Assembly: GCA_035524255.1 (NCBI GenBank)
Contig: DATKPG010000012.1
Coordinates: 95,163 to 159,162, forward strand
Length of the DNA stretch: 64,000 nt
DNA from: Smithella sp.
GTDB taxonomy: Bacteria > Desulfobacterota > Syntrophia > Syntrophales > Smithellaceae
Direction: 5' to 3'
Of this stretch, positions 27,365 through 36,051 are shown piece after piece; within the stretch, counting starts at the first letter, position 1, and each line of letters begins with the position of its first letter. Both the position numbers and the translations under genes were made by a program. Below the pieces are notes generated by a model, which was not told where the DNA came from, searched no databases, and saw only the letters and a program-made list of their open reading frames with translations.

Positions 27365-27844
27365 ATGAAACCCAAGCCATTTAAACCGGAAATGTACAAT
27401 AATGACGAGCGTTACACGCGGGACCTGACAACTGGTCTTGTCTGGCATCGTTCGCGATACCGGACATTATATGTTGATACGGATCGCTCGCAAGTGGTTT
27501 ATCATTCCAATTATCTGCGTTATTTCGAATTCGGCCGAACTTCCCTGATGCGCGATATCGCTTATTCCTACAAAGAAATCGAGGAAAGCGGATATGTATA
27601 TCCCATCTTCGATTTAGGCATCAGTTTTTATCAACCCCTGTATTACGACGATTTGATGTATATCTACACGCGGCCGGTAAACCTGGAGAGAGTGCGTTTA
27701 CAATTTGACTACCTGATAACGCACGCGGAAAAAGGACATATCATCTGTATCGGCTTCACAAAGCATTGCGCTTTGAATCTGGCCGGAACTCCCGTGGCCA
27801 TCGATCCGAAAACGGTTCAATTATGGAAATCGTTTCCCGTTTAA
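27365..27844 (+). CDS. 4HBT/YbgC-type acyl thioesterase
   Basis: Motif YVDTDRSQVVYHSNYLRYFEFGRTSLMR. The ATG at 27365 lies 7 nt after AGAGGAG and 2 nt after the KS-2 stop. Confidence 0.8.
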   Translation: MKPKPFKPEMYNNDERYTRDLTTGLVWHRSRYRTLYVDTDRSQVVYHSNYLRYFEFGRTSLMRDIAYSYKEIEESGYVYPIFDLGISFYQPLYYDDLMYIYTRPVNLERVRLQFDYLITHAEKGHIICIGFTKHCALNLAGTPVAIDPKTVQLWKSFPV

Positions 27845-28683
27845 ATCAAACCAAGCGGCATCACTGTGATATCGAGGTGTATCCCTATCTGCGGGATCAC
27901 CATTTAGAGGGAGGGGTCATTCTGCCGGCCGTGGAAGAGATGATTGTTCTGGCAGGCGCCGTTAAAACCCATTATCCGCAGATCGATATAAATTGTATGC
28001 AAGGCGCGACCTTTCCGCGTTTTTTATCAATTCCGCCGGATACAACGCGCCTGCCGGTAATGATTGATATGAAAGAATCCGGTGACGGCGGGATCAGGGC
28101 TTCGCTTATCACTACGGTTACATCAAAAACCGGCGATATCAGGCGCACCGTCGAACACGCGAGTGTGGAGTTTCTCTTTGCTGATAACGCTGCGTCATTG
28201 CCGCCTCCTTTTCCCATCATGAAGAATCTGGAAGGAGGTTGCATCAGCGTGCCCTCGGAGGCTATTTACCGTGAACTTGTTCCTTTTGGAGAGGCTTATC
28301 AAAACATCATGGGTGATTTATCGGTTTTGCCTGACGGAGCCCATGCTTTTGTTTCCGGAGGTGATCATGAGGCGGATGAAAGTTTGCTCGGTTCTCCGTT
28401 TCCACTGGATGCGACCCTGCACGCGGCCTGCGTATGGGGGCAGCGCTTTGCCGGTATGGTTTCCTTCCCTGTTGGATTTGGAAAAAGAGTCATTTATCAA
28501 AAGACGATAAAAGGAAATAAGTATCTGGGACGCGTTGTGCCTGCGGGCGTCTCCGGGGAATTGTTGATCTTTAACGCCTGGATTTATGATTTGAATGATG
28601 TAATCTGTGAAAGCATCAGCGGTATGGAGATGAGAGATGTGTCGCGGGGACGATTAAGTCCGCCTGAGTGGATCAGAGCTTAA
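27823..28683 (+). CDS. PKS-type (double hot-dog) dehydratase-like protein
   Basis: HHLEGGVILP matches the PKS dehydratase HxxxGxxxxP motif exactly. About 286 aa. The ATG at 27823 overlaps the thioesterase 3' end by 22 nt. Confidence 0.6.
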   Translation: MEIVSRLNQTKRHHCDIEVYPYLRDHHLEGGVILPAVEEMIVLAGAVKTHYPQIDINCMQGATFPRFLSIPPDTTRLPVMIDMKESGDGGIRASLITTVTSKTGDIRRTVEHASVEFLFADNAASLPPPFPIMKNLEGGCISVPSEAIYRELVPFGEAYQNIMGDLSVLPDGAHAFVSGGDHEADESLLGSPFPLDATLHAACVWGQRFAGMVSFPVGFGKRVIYQKTIKGNKYLGRVVPAGVSGELLIFNAWIYDLNDVICESISGMEMRDVSRGRLSPPEWIRA

Positions 28684-28758
28684 TACGAGGTTACCTGTCA
28701 TGGCCATTATTCTTTCAAGTTATGACGGGACTATGGTTGATTTGCCGGGAATTGAAGC

Positions 28759-29349
28759 ATGAGTAAAATTATCTTAATTTATTGTTTCGCTTATTTTGCC
28801 GGTTCCGTAAATTTTGCCATTATTTTTTTAAAGCTTGCCGGTAAGGCAGACCCGCGGTTGAGCTTCAGCGGCAACGCCGGTACCACCAACGTCTACCGCC
28901 AGGCGGGGATTTTATGGGCGGCAGTTGTCTTCGGGCTGGATATCGGCCGGGCCATAGCCGTGGCGTTTGTAGCGATGTATTTTTTAAACGAGGATTTGCT
29001 TCCCTGGACGTGTTTTTTTCTTATACTGGGAAATAGTTTCCCCTGCTTTCACCGTTTTCGCGGCGGCAAAGGAGTGGCTAACTATTTGGGGTTTACCCTT
29101 TTGGTTGCGCCATGGACGGCTGCATTGGCAGCGGCAATCTGGCTTGTTGTTTATGGAATCGTCCGGATTCCTTTTATCGCCTCATTTTTCATGGTTTTTA
29201 TTCTGGCCTGCGGACAGGCATTAGCTTTTCACTGGCATTTTAGCGCGGTAACAGGCGCGTCTGCGACATTTCTGCTTGTCTTATTTAATCACAGAAAAAA
29301 TATTGCCAGCTACGGGAAAACGACCGAACCGCAGATACACCATAAATGA
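28759..29349 (+). CDS. plsY: Glycerol-3-phosphate acyltransferase PlsY (acyl-phosphate dependent)
   Basis: N-terminal motif FAGSVNFAII and the central PlsY motif FHRFRGGKGVANYLG. A multi-pass membrane protein of 196 aa. Confidence 0.9.
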   Translation: MSKIILIYCFAYFAGSVNFAIIFLKLAGKADPRLSFSGNAGTTNVYRQAGILWAAVVFGLDIGRAIAVAFVAMYFLNEDLLPWTCFFLILGNSFPCFHRFRGGKGVANYLGFTLLVAPWTAALAAAIWLVVYGIVRIPFIASFFMVFILACGQALAFHWHFSAVTGASATFLLVLFNHRKNIASYGKTTEPQIHHK

Positions 29350-29459
29350 AATAGACATGAAGTTGCCGAATCCGGAAATAAAGTATTAAACTGCGCCTTT
29401 TTTGCACGCAAGGGATGCTTGCTGTCTTACCAAAAACCGGATGAGGAAACTGCGCGCGG

Positions 29460-30386
29460 TTATTGCGTGCAGCTGTTTAGTCTTTCGTTAAATTCTTCCG
29501 CGGTAAAGCTATATTCCTGAGTTCCGTAGCTCTCTATCGAAAAAGAAGCGCAGACACTACCCATATTTGCGCACTGCACGATATCCTTGCCGTGAACCAG
29601 ACCGCTAAGCAGACCGCCCCGGTAAGAATCTCCCGCGCCTGTCGGGTCGACCACCTTTTTCACCCTGAAGGCGGGAATGGCAATGTCGCGCTCACGCGTG
29701 GATATCTGTGAGCCCGATTCTCCCAAAGTGGTGATGATGGTGCCGGTTATCTCCAACAATGCTTTTTTGTTAAGCCCTGTCTTGCTGATGATCAGGCTCA
29801 ATTCATAATCGTTGACGATCAGTATCCGGCATCCCTCAATGGCCTGAATCAAGTCCATTTTATCCCACAGGGGCAGGGACTGACCGGGATCAAGGATATA
29901 GTCTATTCCCTTTTTTTTGCAGGCGCGCGGGTAATTAACCATGTCTTCGAAATTGCCGGGAGAAACTATAACAATGGTATTTTCAGGGCGGAGTTTACTA
30001 AAATCGAGCGTTGATTGATATTTCATTGCTCCGGGATTGAATCCGGTAATTTGATTATCGGAACGGTCGGTGGTGATGTAAGCCCCTGCCGTGAATTCGT
30101 CGGCAATAATTTTGATGTTTTCCGTGGACAATCCGTTTTTTGCCAGCCATTTGAAATACTTCTGGTAATCATGTCCGATGGTGGCGCAAATCAGTGGTCT
30201 TTCACCCATTAGAGTAAGCGCGTAAGCTATATTGCCCGCAGTGCCGCCAAATTTTTCCTTCAGGCCGTTTACCTGGAAACAAACATTCAGGACGTGAATT
30301 TTGTCGGGCAGAATATGGTCGGAAAATTTTCCGGGGAAATCCATAATTCTGTCGTATGCCATTGATCCGGAAACAATAATATTCAT
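29460..30386 (-). CDS. PfkB-family carbohydrate/nucleoside kinase
   Basis: PfkB signature DPTGAGDSYRGGLLSG near the C-terminus and N-terminal MNIIVSGSMAYD. The ATG at 30386 is preferred to the TTG at 30404. Confidence 0.8.
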   Translation of the reverse strand: MNIIVSGSMAYDRIMDFPGKFSDHILPDKIHVLNVCFQVNGLKEKFGGTAGNIAYALTLMGERPLICATIGHDYQKYFKWLAKNGLSTENIKIIADEFTAGAYITTDRSDNQITGFNPGAMKYQSTLDFSKLRPENTIVIVSPGNFEDMVNYPRACKKKGIDYILDPGQSLPLWDKMDLIQAIEGCRILIVNDYELSLIISKTGLNKKALLEITGTIITTLGESGSQISTRERDIAIPAFRVKKVVDPTGAGDSYRGGLLSGLVHGKDIVQCANMGSVCASFSIESYGTQEYSFTAEEFNERLNSCTQ

Positions 30387-30433
30387 AAAATTAGGCCCAT
30401 CCAATCCGTTTAAAATTATATCCGCGCTTTCAG

Positions 30434-30462
30434 AATATAGGGAATATTGAATTTTGTGTCAA
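30434..30462 (-). promoter_or_regulatory. Sigma70-type promoter for the PfkB kinase gene
   Basis: The minus strand reads TTGACA (30462-30457), a 17-nt spacer, then TATATT (30439-30434). Confidence 0.45.
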
Positions 30463-30502
30463 TGATATTTTACCCGGATCGCGTGAAGATTCCGGCATCA
30501 AT

Positions 30503-31852
30503 TTAACACATCTTTTGATCCATGATACCGGCGGCTATTTTACGCACATTTTCCATGGCGGTTCGCAGATCGATCGTGCAAAGTTGCCGGTTCTTCATGA
30601 CAATCCTGCCGTTGATAATGCTGGTTTTAACGTCCGCGCCGCGAGAGGCATAGACAAGCTGAGAATAACAGTTATAAAGCGGCGTGAGGTGGGGCTGATT
30701 CATATCCACCAAAATGATGTCGGCTTTTTTCCCCGTTTCTATGGAACCGATCCATTTATCCATTCCCAGCACTTTTGCTCCACCCATGGTGGCCATTTTG
30801 CAAACCGTTTCCGCGTTCATAACGGTGGGGTTAAGAGTAGTTACTTTATGAATCTTTGCCGCGGTGTCCATCTCCCGAATCATGTCCAGATCGTTATTGC
30901 TGGCGCATCCGTCGGTCCCGATTCCGACGGTTATCCCGTGCCTCAGCATCTCGGGAACAGGGGCGACACCGGCTGCCAGCTTCATGGAACTCTCCGGGTT
31001 ATGCGAAACCTTAACACCAAGATCGGCAAAAACGGCCATATCTTCTTTATCCAGCCAGTTGCAGTGAACGGCAATCGTTTTTTCATCCAGAACTCCCAGA
31101 TCCAGCAGATGCCGTACAGGATTTTTACCGTAAAGATTCAGGATGGTGCCTCTCTCGTCTTTATTTTCAAGCAAATGAATCAGATATAAAAGACCGGCCT
31201 CGCGGGCCGCTTCTTTTACGCGGATAAGTGTTGCCGGAGAGCAGGTGTATGGAGAATGACAGAAATACGCGGGTGTTATAAGCGGCGCGCGGGGAAGCCA
31301 GCGGTTTACAAAACGTTGAGCCGCCGCCATCATTTTTTCGAGCGCGGGTTTGTCGGGCAGGATAAAGTCGGCAAATCCCTGCGAAACGACAGCGCGCATA
31401 CCGGCCGCGCTGAGAGCCTCCGCGATGGCGTCTTCAAAGAAATAGCCGTCGCAAAAAGTTGTCGTGCCGGAGAGAATCATTTCCGCCATGGCCAGAGTGG
31501 CTCCGTCGGAAACCATTTTTTTGTTGACGAAACGGGCTTCCGCCGGGAAAATATGTCCGGTCAGCCACTCCATGAGCGGCAGATCATCGGCCATCCCCCG
31601 AAAGCAAACCATCGGCAGATGCGTGTGTGTATTGACCAGTCCCGGCATAACGATGCAGCCGGAGGCGTCAATCGTTTCTTTGGTTTGTATGGCGTCACCT
31701 TGACGATCGTTATTCCGGCCCACCGCGACAATAAGATCGTCTTTAATGCCGACATAGGAATCTTCGATAATTGACATATCAGCGGACATGGTTACAAGCG
31801 TTCCGCCGGTAATCACGATATCCCAGTTATTCTTTTGAAAGGGTTCATTCAT
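30503..31852 (-). CDS. mtaD: Amidohydrolase of the MTA/SAH (5'-deoxyadenosine) deaminase type
   Basis: Metal motif PGLVNTHTHLPM, plus later HCNW and GTDGCASNN motifs typical of the MtaD/DadD/guanine-deaminase-like subgroup. The ATG at 31852 follows GGAGAG. Confidence 0.8.
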   Translation of the reverse strand: MNEPFQKNNWDIVITGGTLVTMSADMSIIEDSYVGIKDDLIVAVGRNNDRQGDAIQTKETIDASGCIVMPGLVNTHTHLPMVCFRGMADDLPLMEWLTGHIFPAEARFVNKKMVSDGATLAMAEMILSGTTTFCDGYFFEDAIAEALSAAGMRAVVSQGFADFILPDKPALEKMMAAAQRFVNRWLPRAPLITPAYFCHSPYTCSPATLIRVKEAAREAGLLYLIHLLENKDERGTILNLYGKNPVRHLLDLGVLDEKTIAVHCNWLDKEDMAVFADLGVKVSHNPESSMKLAAGVAPVPEMLRHGITVGIGTDGCASNNDLDMIREMDTAAKIHKVTTLNPTVMNAETVCKMATMGGAKVLGMDKWIGSIETGKKADIILVDMNQPHLTPLYNCYSQLVYASRGADVKTSIINGRIVMKNRQLCTIDLRTAMENVRKIAAGIMDQKMC

Positions 31853-32010
31853 GTGTAAATTTCTCTCCGGTTCCGTGATCAAAGATAGTCTGATAGAGTT
31901 GTCCCGGGCATACTCGTGGCCGCGGCTTTGATTCCCGGCAGACTTCAGATGCCGTTGCTTCAGTATGCTGTCTTTTGCGGATTAAGCTTTATGACAGGTA
32001 AAAGGGAGAA

Positions 32011-32571
32011 TCAGCCGGGGAATTTTGCTTCCAGCAATTCGTCACCAATCAAGCCAAGCACAATACTAAATCCCAAAGCTATCAGGGTTAACAATGTTAA
32101 TAATGCCATCCCGGATGCCGACGCCGGCTGCCCATCCAATGCAACAGCGGCAATCCCAACAGATGTAAACAGGAAACACAGCCCGAATATAATTTTCTTT
32201 TTCAAGAAAGGCGTTGTCACTTTCCGGAATCTGGTTTTGCCGTCAACAAGTCCGGTTAGGATAGCCAGAATAATAACAAAGGGAAGAATAAATGAAATCA
32301 AGCGCATTGTACCATTCAAAGCCTCATTAATTTGAGGCGGTGCGATAAAAGATAAAACAGAAAGAACAAAAAGCGTAAATGTAAAGGATTGCGGAAAATG
32401 CACGATGATGGGATGAATGTGCAGCATCAGGATTTTACGTCGCCTCTCCGATACCGGAGAGGTGTATGGTTCAAACATTTTTGCGGGCACTCCGCACGCG
32501 GGGCATACATCTTTTACTTTGCCTTCTTTGGTTACATAACCGCACGCCCTGCATTTAATAAAGTTGGCCAT
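32011..32571 (-). CDS. Rubredoxin-like zinc-ribbon domain fused to a four-helix membrane domain
   Basis: The N-terminus CRACGYV...CPACGVP carries two CxxC pairs and is followed by four hydrophobic helices. It is divergent from cydA. Confidence 0.6.
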   Translation of the reverse strand: MANFIKCRACGYVTKEGKVKDVCPACGVPAKMFEPYTSPVSERRRKILMLHIHPIIVHFPQSFTFTLFVLSVLSFIAPPQINEALNGTMRLISFILPFVIILAILTGLVDGKTRFRKVTTPFLKKKIIFGLCFLFTSVGIAAVALDGQPASASGMALLTLLTLIALGFSIVLGLIGDELLEAKFPG

Positions 32572-32703
32572 AAAAATATCCCCGGTGCTTTTTTGTTGGT
32601 TTTTATGATAATATATTAGAGCCTTAAATGAAAGTTAAAAAATAAGTTGTTGAAAAGTTGCATTCTATTGGTTAATATTAATCAATAAAATATGGAGGTG
32701 TCT

Positions 32704-34011
32704 ATGAGCGCAGTACTTCTTGCCCGCATTCAGTTTGCCTTCACAGTAGGCTTCCATTTCCTCTTTCCGGCCATGACGTTGGGAACGGCCCTCATTATCC
32801 TTATTTCCGAAACCATCTATCTGATTAAAAAAGATGACACATTTAAAAAGATAACGGATTTTCTGGTCAGGCTTCTCGGACTGATTTTCGTGATAGGTGC
32901 GGCAACGGGCATTGTCATGGAATTTTCTTTCGGAACGAACTGGTCCGGATATTCCCGGGCAGTCGGAGATGTTTTCGGGCCGATACTCGCGGCCGAAGGG
33001 GTTATAGCTTTTTTTCTGGAATCGGTATTTCTCGGAGTGCTTATTTTTGCCAGAGAAAAAGTTTCCCCGGCGGTTTACTGGTTATCGGCGCTACTGGTAT
33101 TTGTGGGCGGTCACCTTTCCGCTTTCTGGATTGTGGTTGCCAATTCCTGGATGCAGACTCCCGCGGGCTATACGATCAGTGGAATGGGGAAAATCATTCT
33201 CGCCAGCTTTAACGATGCCGTTTCCAATCCGTCAACCATCATCAGGTTTTGGCACACCGTAATCGCCTCCTGGATTACCGGCGCGGTCATGACGGCAGGT
33301 ATTGCCGGGTATTACGTCAGAAAAGGCCTGCACGGCCAGACGGCAAGAGCCATGCTGAAGATCAGCATCATTCTTTTTGCCGTCACACCGATTTTGCAGG
33401 TGGCCACGGGCCACATTCACGCGATCGAGGTCATCAACATGCAGCCGGAAAAAGCGGCCGCGTTTGAGGGTCATTTTTACACAGCCAAAGGCGTGCCGCT
33501 TTATCTCGTAGGATTTGTCGATGAGCAAAACGAGAAAACCTATGGAATTTACGCCCCCAAGGGCCTGAGCTTTCTATACAACTTCAACTGGAATTCGGAA
33601 ATAAAAGGATTGAGAGATTTCCCGAAAGAAAACTGGCCGCCGGTTAACTTTGTGTTTCAGGTGTATCATATCATGGCGGGTATCGGCATTCTTTTAATCG
33701 CGCTTGGACTGCTTGGCGCTTATCTGCTTTGGACTGAAAAAATATATGAAAACAAATTATATCTTTTTGCCCTGCCTTTTATGATCCCCCTGCCGCATAT
33801 CGCTCATGAGACAGGATGGATATCGGCGGAAGTAGGCCGTCAGCCGTGGATAATTTATAAGCTGATGAAGACCGCTGATGCGGCGTCAGTAGTGGTTAGC
33901 GCAGGTGACATAACTTTCAGCCTGCTGATGTTTTTCCTCATTTATCTGCTGCTGGCGGTCATGTTTGTTAAACTGTTTATAAAAATTGTTCAGGAAGGTC
34001 CGGCAGTCTAA
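32704..34011 (+). CDS. cydA: Cytochrome bd oxidase subunit I
   Basis: N-terminus LLARIQFAFTVGFHFLFPAMTLG, then GWISAEVGRQPW. The ATG at 32704 follows GGAGGTG. Confidence 0.9.
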   Translation: MSAVLLARIQFAFTVGFHFLFPAMTLGTALIILISETIYLIKKDDTFKKITDFLVRLLGLIFVIGAATGIVMEFSFGTNWSGYSRAVGDVFGPILAAEGVIAFFLESVFLGVLIFAREKVSPAVYWLSALLVFVGGHLSAFWIVVANSWMQTPAGYTISGMGKIILASFNDAVSNPSTIIRFWHTVIASWITGAVMTAGIAGYYVRKGLHGQTARAMLKISIILFAVTPILQVATGHIHAIEVINMQPEKAAAFEGHFYTAKGVPLYLVGFVDEQNEKTYGIYAPKGLSFLYNFNWNSEIKGLRDFPKENWPPVNFVFQVYHIMAGIGILLIALGLLGAYLLWTEKIYENKLYLFALPFMIPLPHIAHETGWISAEVGRQPWIIYKLMKTADAASVVVSAGDITFSLLMFFLIYLLLAVMFVKLFIKIVQEGPAV

Positions 34012-34049
34012 ATATATTGGGAACGGGAATTACTCTGGAGGCAAAATAA

Positions 34050-35060
34050 ATGGAAAACATACGGAATTTTCAGGAACTCTGGTTCGTTCTTATTCTGGTA
34101 TTGTTTGTCGGCTACTCTCTCCTGGATGGATTTGATCTGGGGATAGGAGCGCTGATGCCCTTTATCGGTAAAACAAAAAAGGAAAAAGATATTTTAATAA
34201 GTTCCATCGGGCCTTTCTGGGACGGCAATGAAGTCTGGTTGATCACCGGCGGAGGCGCCCTGTTCGCGGCCTTTCCTAACGCCTATGCCACGGCCTTTTC
34301 CGGTTTTTATCTGGCGATGATGCTGGTTTTATTCGCTCTGATCTTTCGGGCTGTTTCGATTGAATTTCGCGCGCAGGATCAGGCCGGAGGGGCAATCTGG
34401 GAGATGTCTTTTTTCGCGGGCAGTGCCTTGGCGGCCCTGTTATTTGGCGTGGCTCTGGGTAATGTTGTTTACGGAGTGCCGCTTGATCATAAAATGGAAT
34501 TTACCGGAAACTTTTTCACATTGCTTCGGCCCGTGCCCCTTTTGTTCGGCATTACCGGGCTTGCCGCGATTCTGTTGCAAGGAGCAACATACTCCGTGAT
34601 GAAGACTGAAGGCGAATTACTGAACCGTTCTTTTCGCGCGGTCGGCATTCTCGTGTGGGTAAACCTGGTTACCGCGATTGTCTATTTTCTGACCATAGCC
34701 TTGACGTTTCGGGATATCACGTCAAACTGGTTATTCTATCTGGCCGCTTTATGGACGGTGCTGTGGCTTTCGTCCATATTCTTTTCCGTCAAACATAAGA
34801 ATGAATCTTCCCCGTTCTGGGAATCGTCATTTGCTTTTATCGGATTATGGCTTGCCGTGGCGGCGGTTCATTTTCCCAATCTGGTCAAAGCAAGCAATGA
34901 TCAAAATTTGAGCATAACGATTTATAACAGCTCCACCGGATTACAAACGCTGAAATTGATGAGCGTCATCGCGCTCATCGGCATGCCGGTCGTCATCGCC
35001 TACACGATTTTTGTTTACCGCATTTTTAGAGGTAAGGCGAAATCATCAGAGCATTACTAA
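34050..35060 (+). CDS. cydB: Cytochrome bd oxidase subunit II
   Basis: Motifs GYSLLDGFDLGIGAL and FWDGNEVWLI. It lies directly downstream of cydA. Confidence 0.9.
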   Translation: MENIRNFQELWFVLILVLFVGYSLLDGFDLGIGALMPFIGKTKKEKDILISSIGPFWDGNEVWLITGGGALFAAFPNAYATAFSGFYLAMMLVLFALIFRAVSIEFRAQDQAGGAIWEMSFFAGSALAALLFGVALGNVVYGVPLDHKMEFTGNFFTLLRPVPLLFGITGLAAILLQGATYSVMKTEGELLNRSFRAVGILVWVNLVTAIVYFLTIALTFRDITSNWLFYLAALWTVLWLSSIFFSVKHKNESSPFWESSFAFIGLWLAVAAVHFPNLVKASNDQNLSITIYNSSTGLQTLKLMSVIALIGMPVVIAYTIFVYRIFRGKAKSSEHY

Positions 35061-35182
35061 TAAAGGTTTACCGGTAAATACGATCCCCGGCCTGCAGGTT
35101 GACGGCAAACAGGAGTTGATAAAAAAGCTGTAATGAAGAACAGCGCGGATCTTGCGCATTGACTGATAACAACCTTAAATCT

Positions 35183-36046
35183 TTACCCGAATTTCATCGA
35201 CAAAAAACCGCCGAGGCACGCAAAACCGCTCAGGGCCATGACCAGTATATGCGAAAGGCTGCGGTTGTATCTGATCAGCCGCGGAAAAAAGATGATCAAG
35301 GTCAGAAGCATGATGCTGGGGAGAAGGTAAAACGACCATACGGGCGTCAAGCGGGCATTGGCAAGGCCGCTGATAATAATACTGAGACAGAAGAACTGGA
35401 GCACGGAAGTACAAATTCTGGCGTTGTTAATTCCGAGCACGACCGGCACCGTCCTGATTCCGGCTTGAGAGTCGCCTTCCACGTCGCGAATGTCCCACAT
35501 GACTTCGTAGGTCATGACCATGGCGAACATATAGACAAATGCGGTAAGAAAGAGCCCGTCCGGTTGTGTATGCGCGCGCATCATCGGAAAAACCAGCAGG
35601 CCGAGAGACCATCCCGCGCCCGAACTCAAATTTTTGATGATGAACAGGTTTTTAAGACGCAGATTTGGCCGGGAGGGTATGAGGGGAGTATTATAAAAAA
35701 AACCGACAGCAGCGCCAAAGGCGACCAGCCCCGCGAGTTCCCATGACGGTTCGGTCAAGAGCGAAAGCAGAATGATGCTAGTCCCTGTCACATAGCAAAA
35801 AGCCTTGATGGCACGGCTTTTGGATTGAGCGTCCTTCAGATCGTCCGGGCAGTTTCGCGCATCCTCTTTCGCGTCCGTAAGACGGTTCCATTGACAAATA
35901 CAGGCCACTGCCAGGGTGATAATCAGATAATCGATTCCGCGAAACCGCATTTTCAGAAACCCGGACCAGCACCACATGACCGCCGGAGCGCTTATCGTAA
36001 TGTGCAGCCGGTTTAAGATAAAGGCTTGTATAATCCGTTTCAGCAT
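35183..36046 (-). CDS. UbiA-superfamily prenyltransferase
   Basis: First Asp-rich motif NRLTDAKEDARN (NxxxDxxxD) and second motif WDIRDVEGDSQAGIRTVPV (DxxDxxxD). Polytopic membrane protein. The start MLKRIIQ at 36046 is chosen because the longer ORF overlaps the OYE gene. Confidence 0.75.
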   Translation of the reverse strand: MLKRIIQAFILNRLHITISAPAVMWCWSGFLKMRFRGIDYLIITLAVACICQWNRLTDAKEDARNCPDDLKDAQSKSRAIKAFCYVTGTSIILLSLLTEPSWELAGLVAFGAAVGFFYNTPLIPSRPNLRLKNLFIIKNLSSGAGWSLGLLVFPMMRAHTQPDGLFLTAFVYMFAMVMTYEVMWDIRDVEGDSQAGIRTVPVVLGINNARICTSVLQFFCLSIIISGLANARLTPVWSFYLLPSIMLLTLIIFFPRLIRYNRSLSHILVMALSGFACLGGFLSMKFG

Positions 36047-36051
36047 GATTT

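Noticed and set aside
27335-27844. The apparent long overlaps between the ORF pairs 27335/26097, 27766/27335, 56185/55202, 56792/56185, 54426/53221 and 10814/10750 as programmed frameshifts or nested genes.
   Set aside because: In every case an internal ATG or GTG with a Shine-Dalgarno sequence lies at or just after the upstream stop codon (ATGA, TAATG or few-nt junctions). This gives normal-length proteins.
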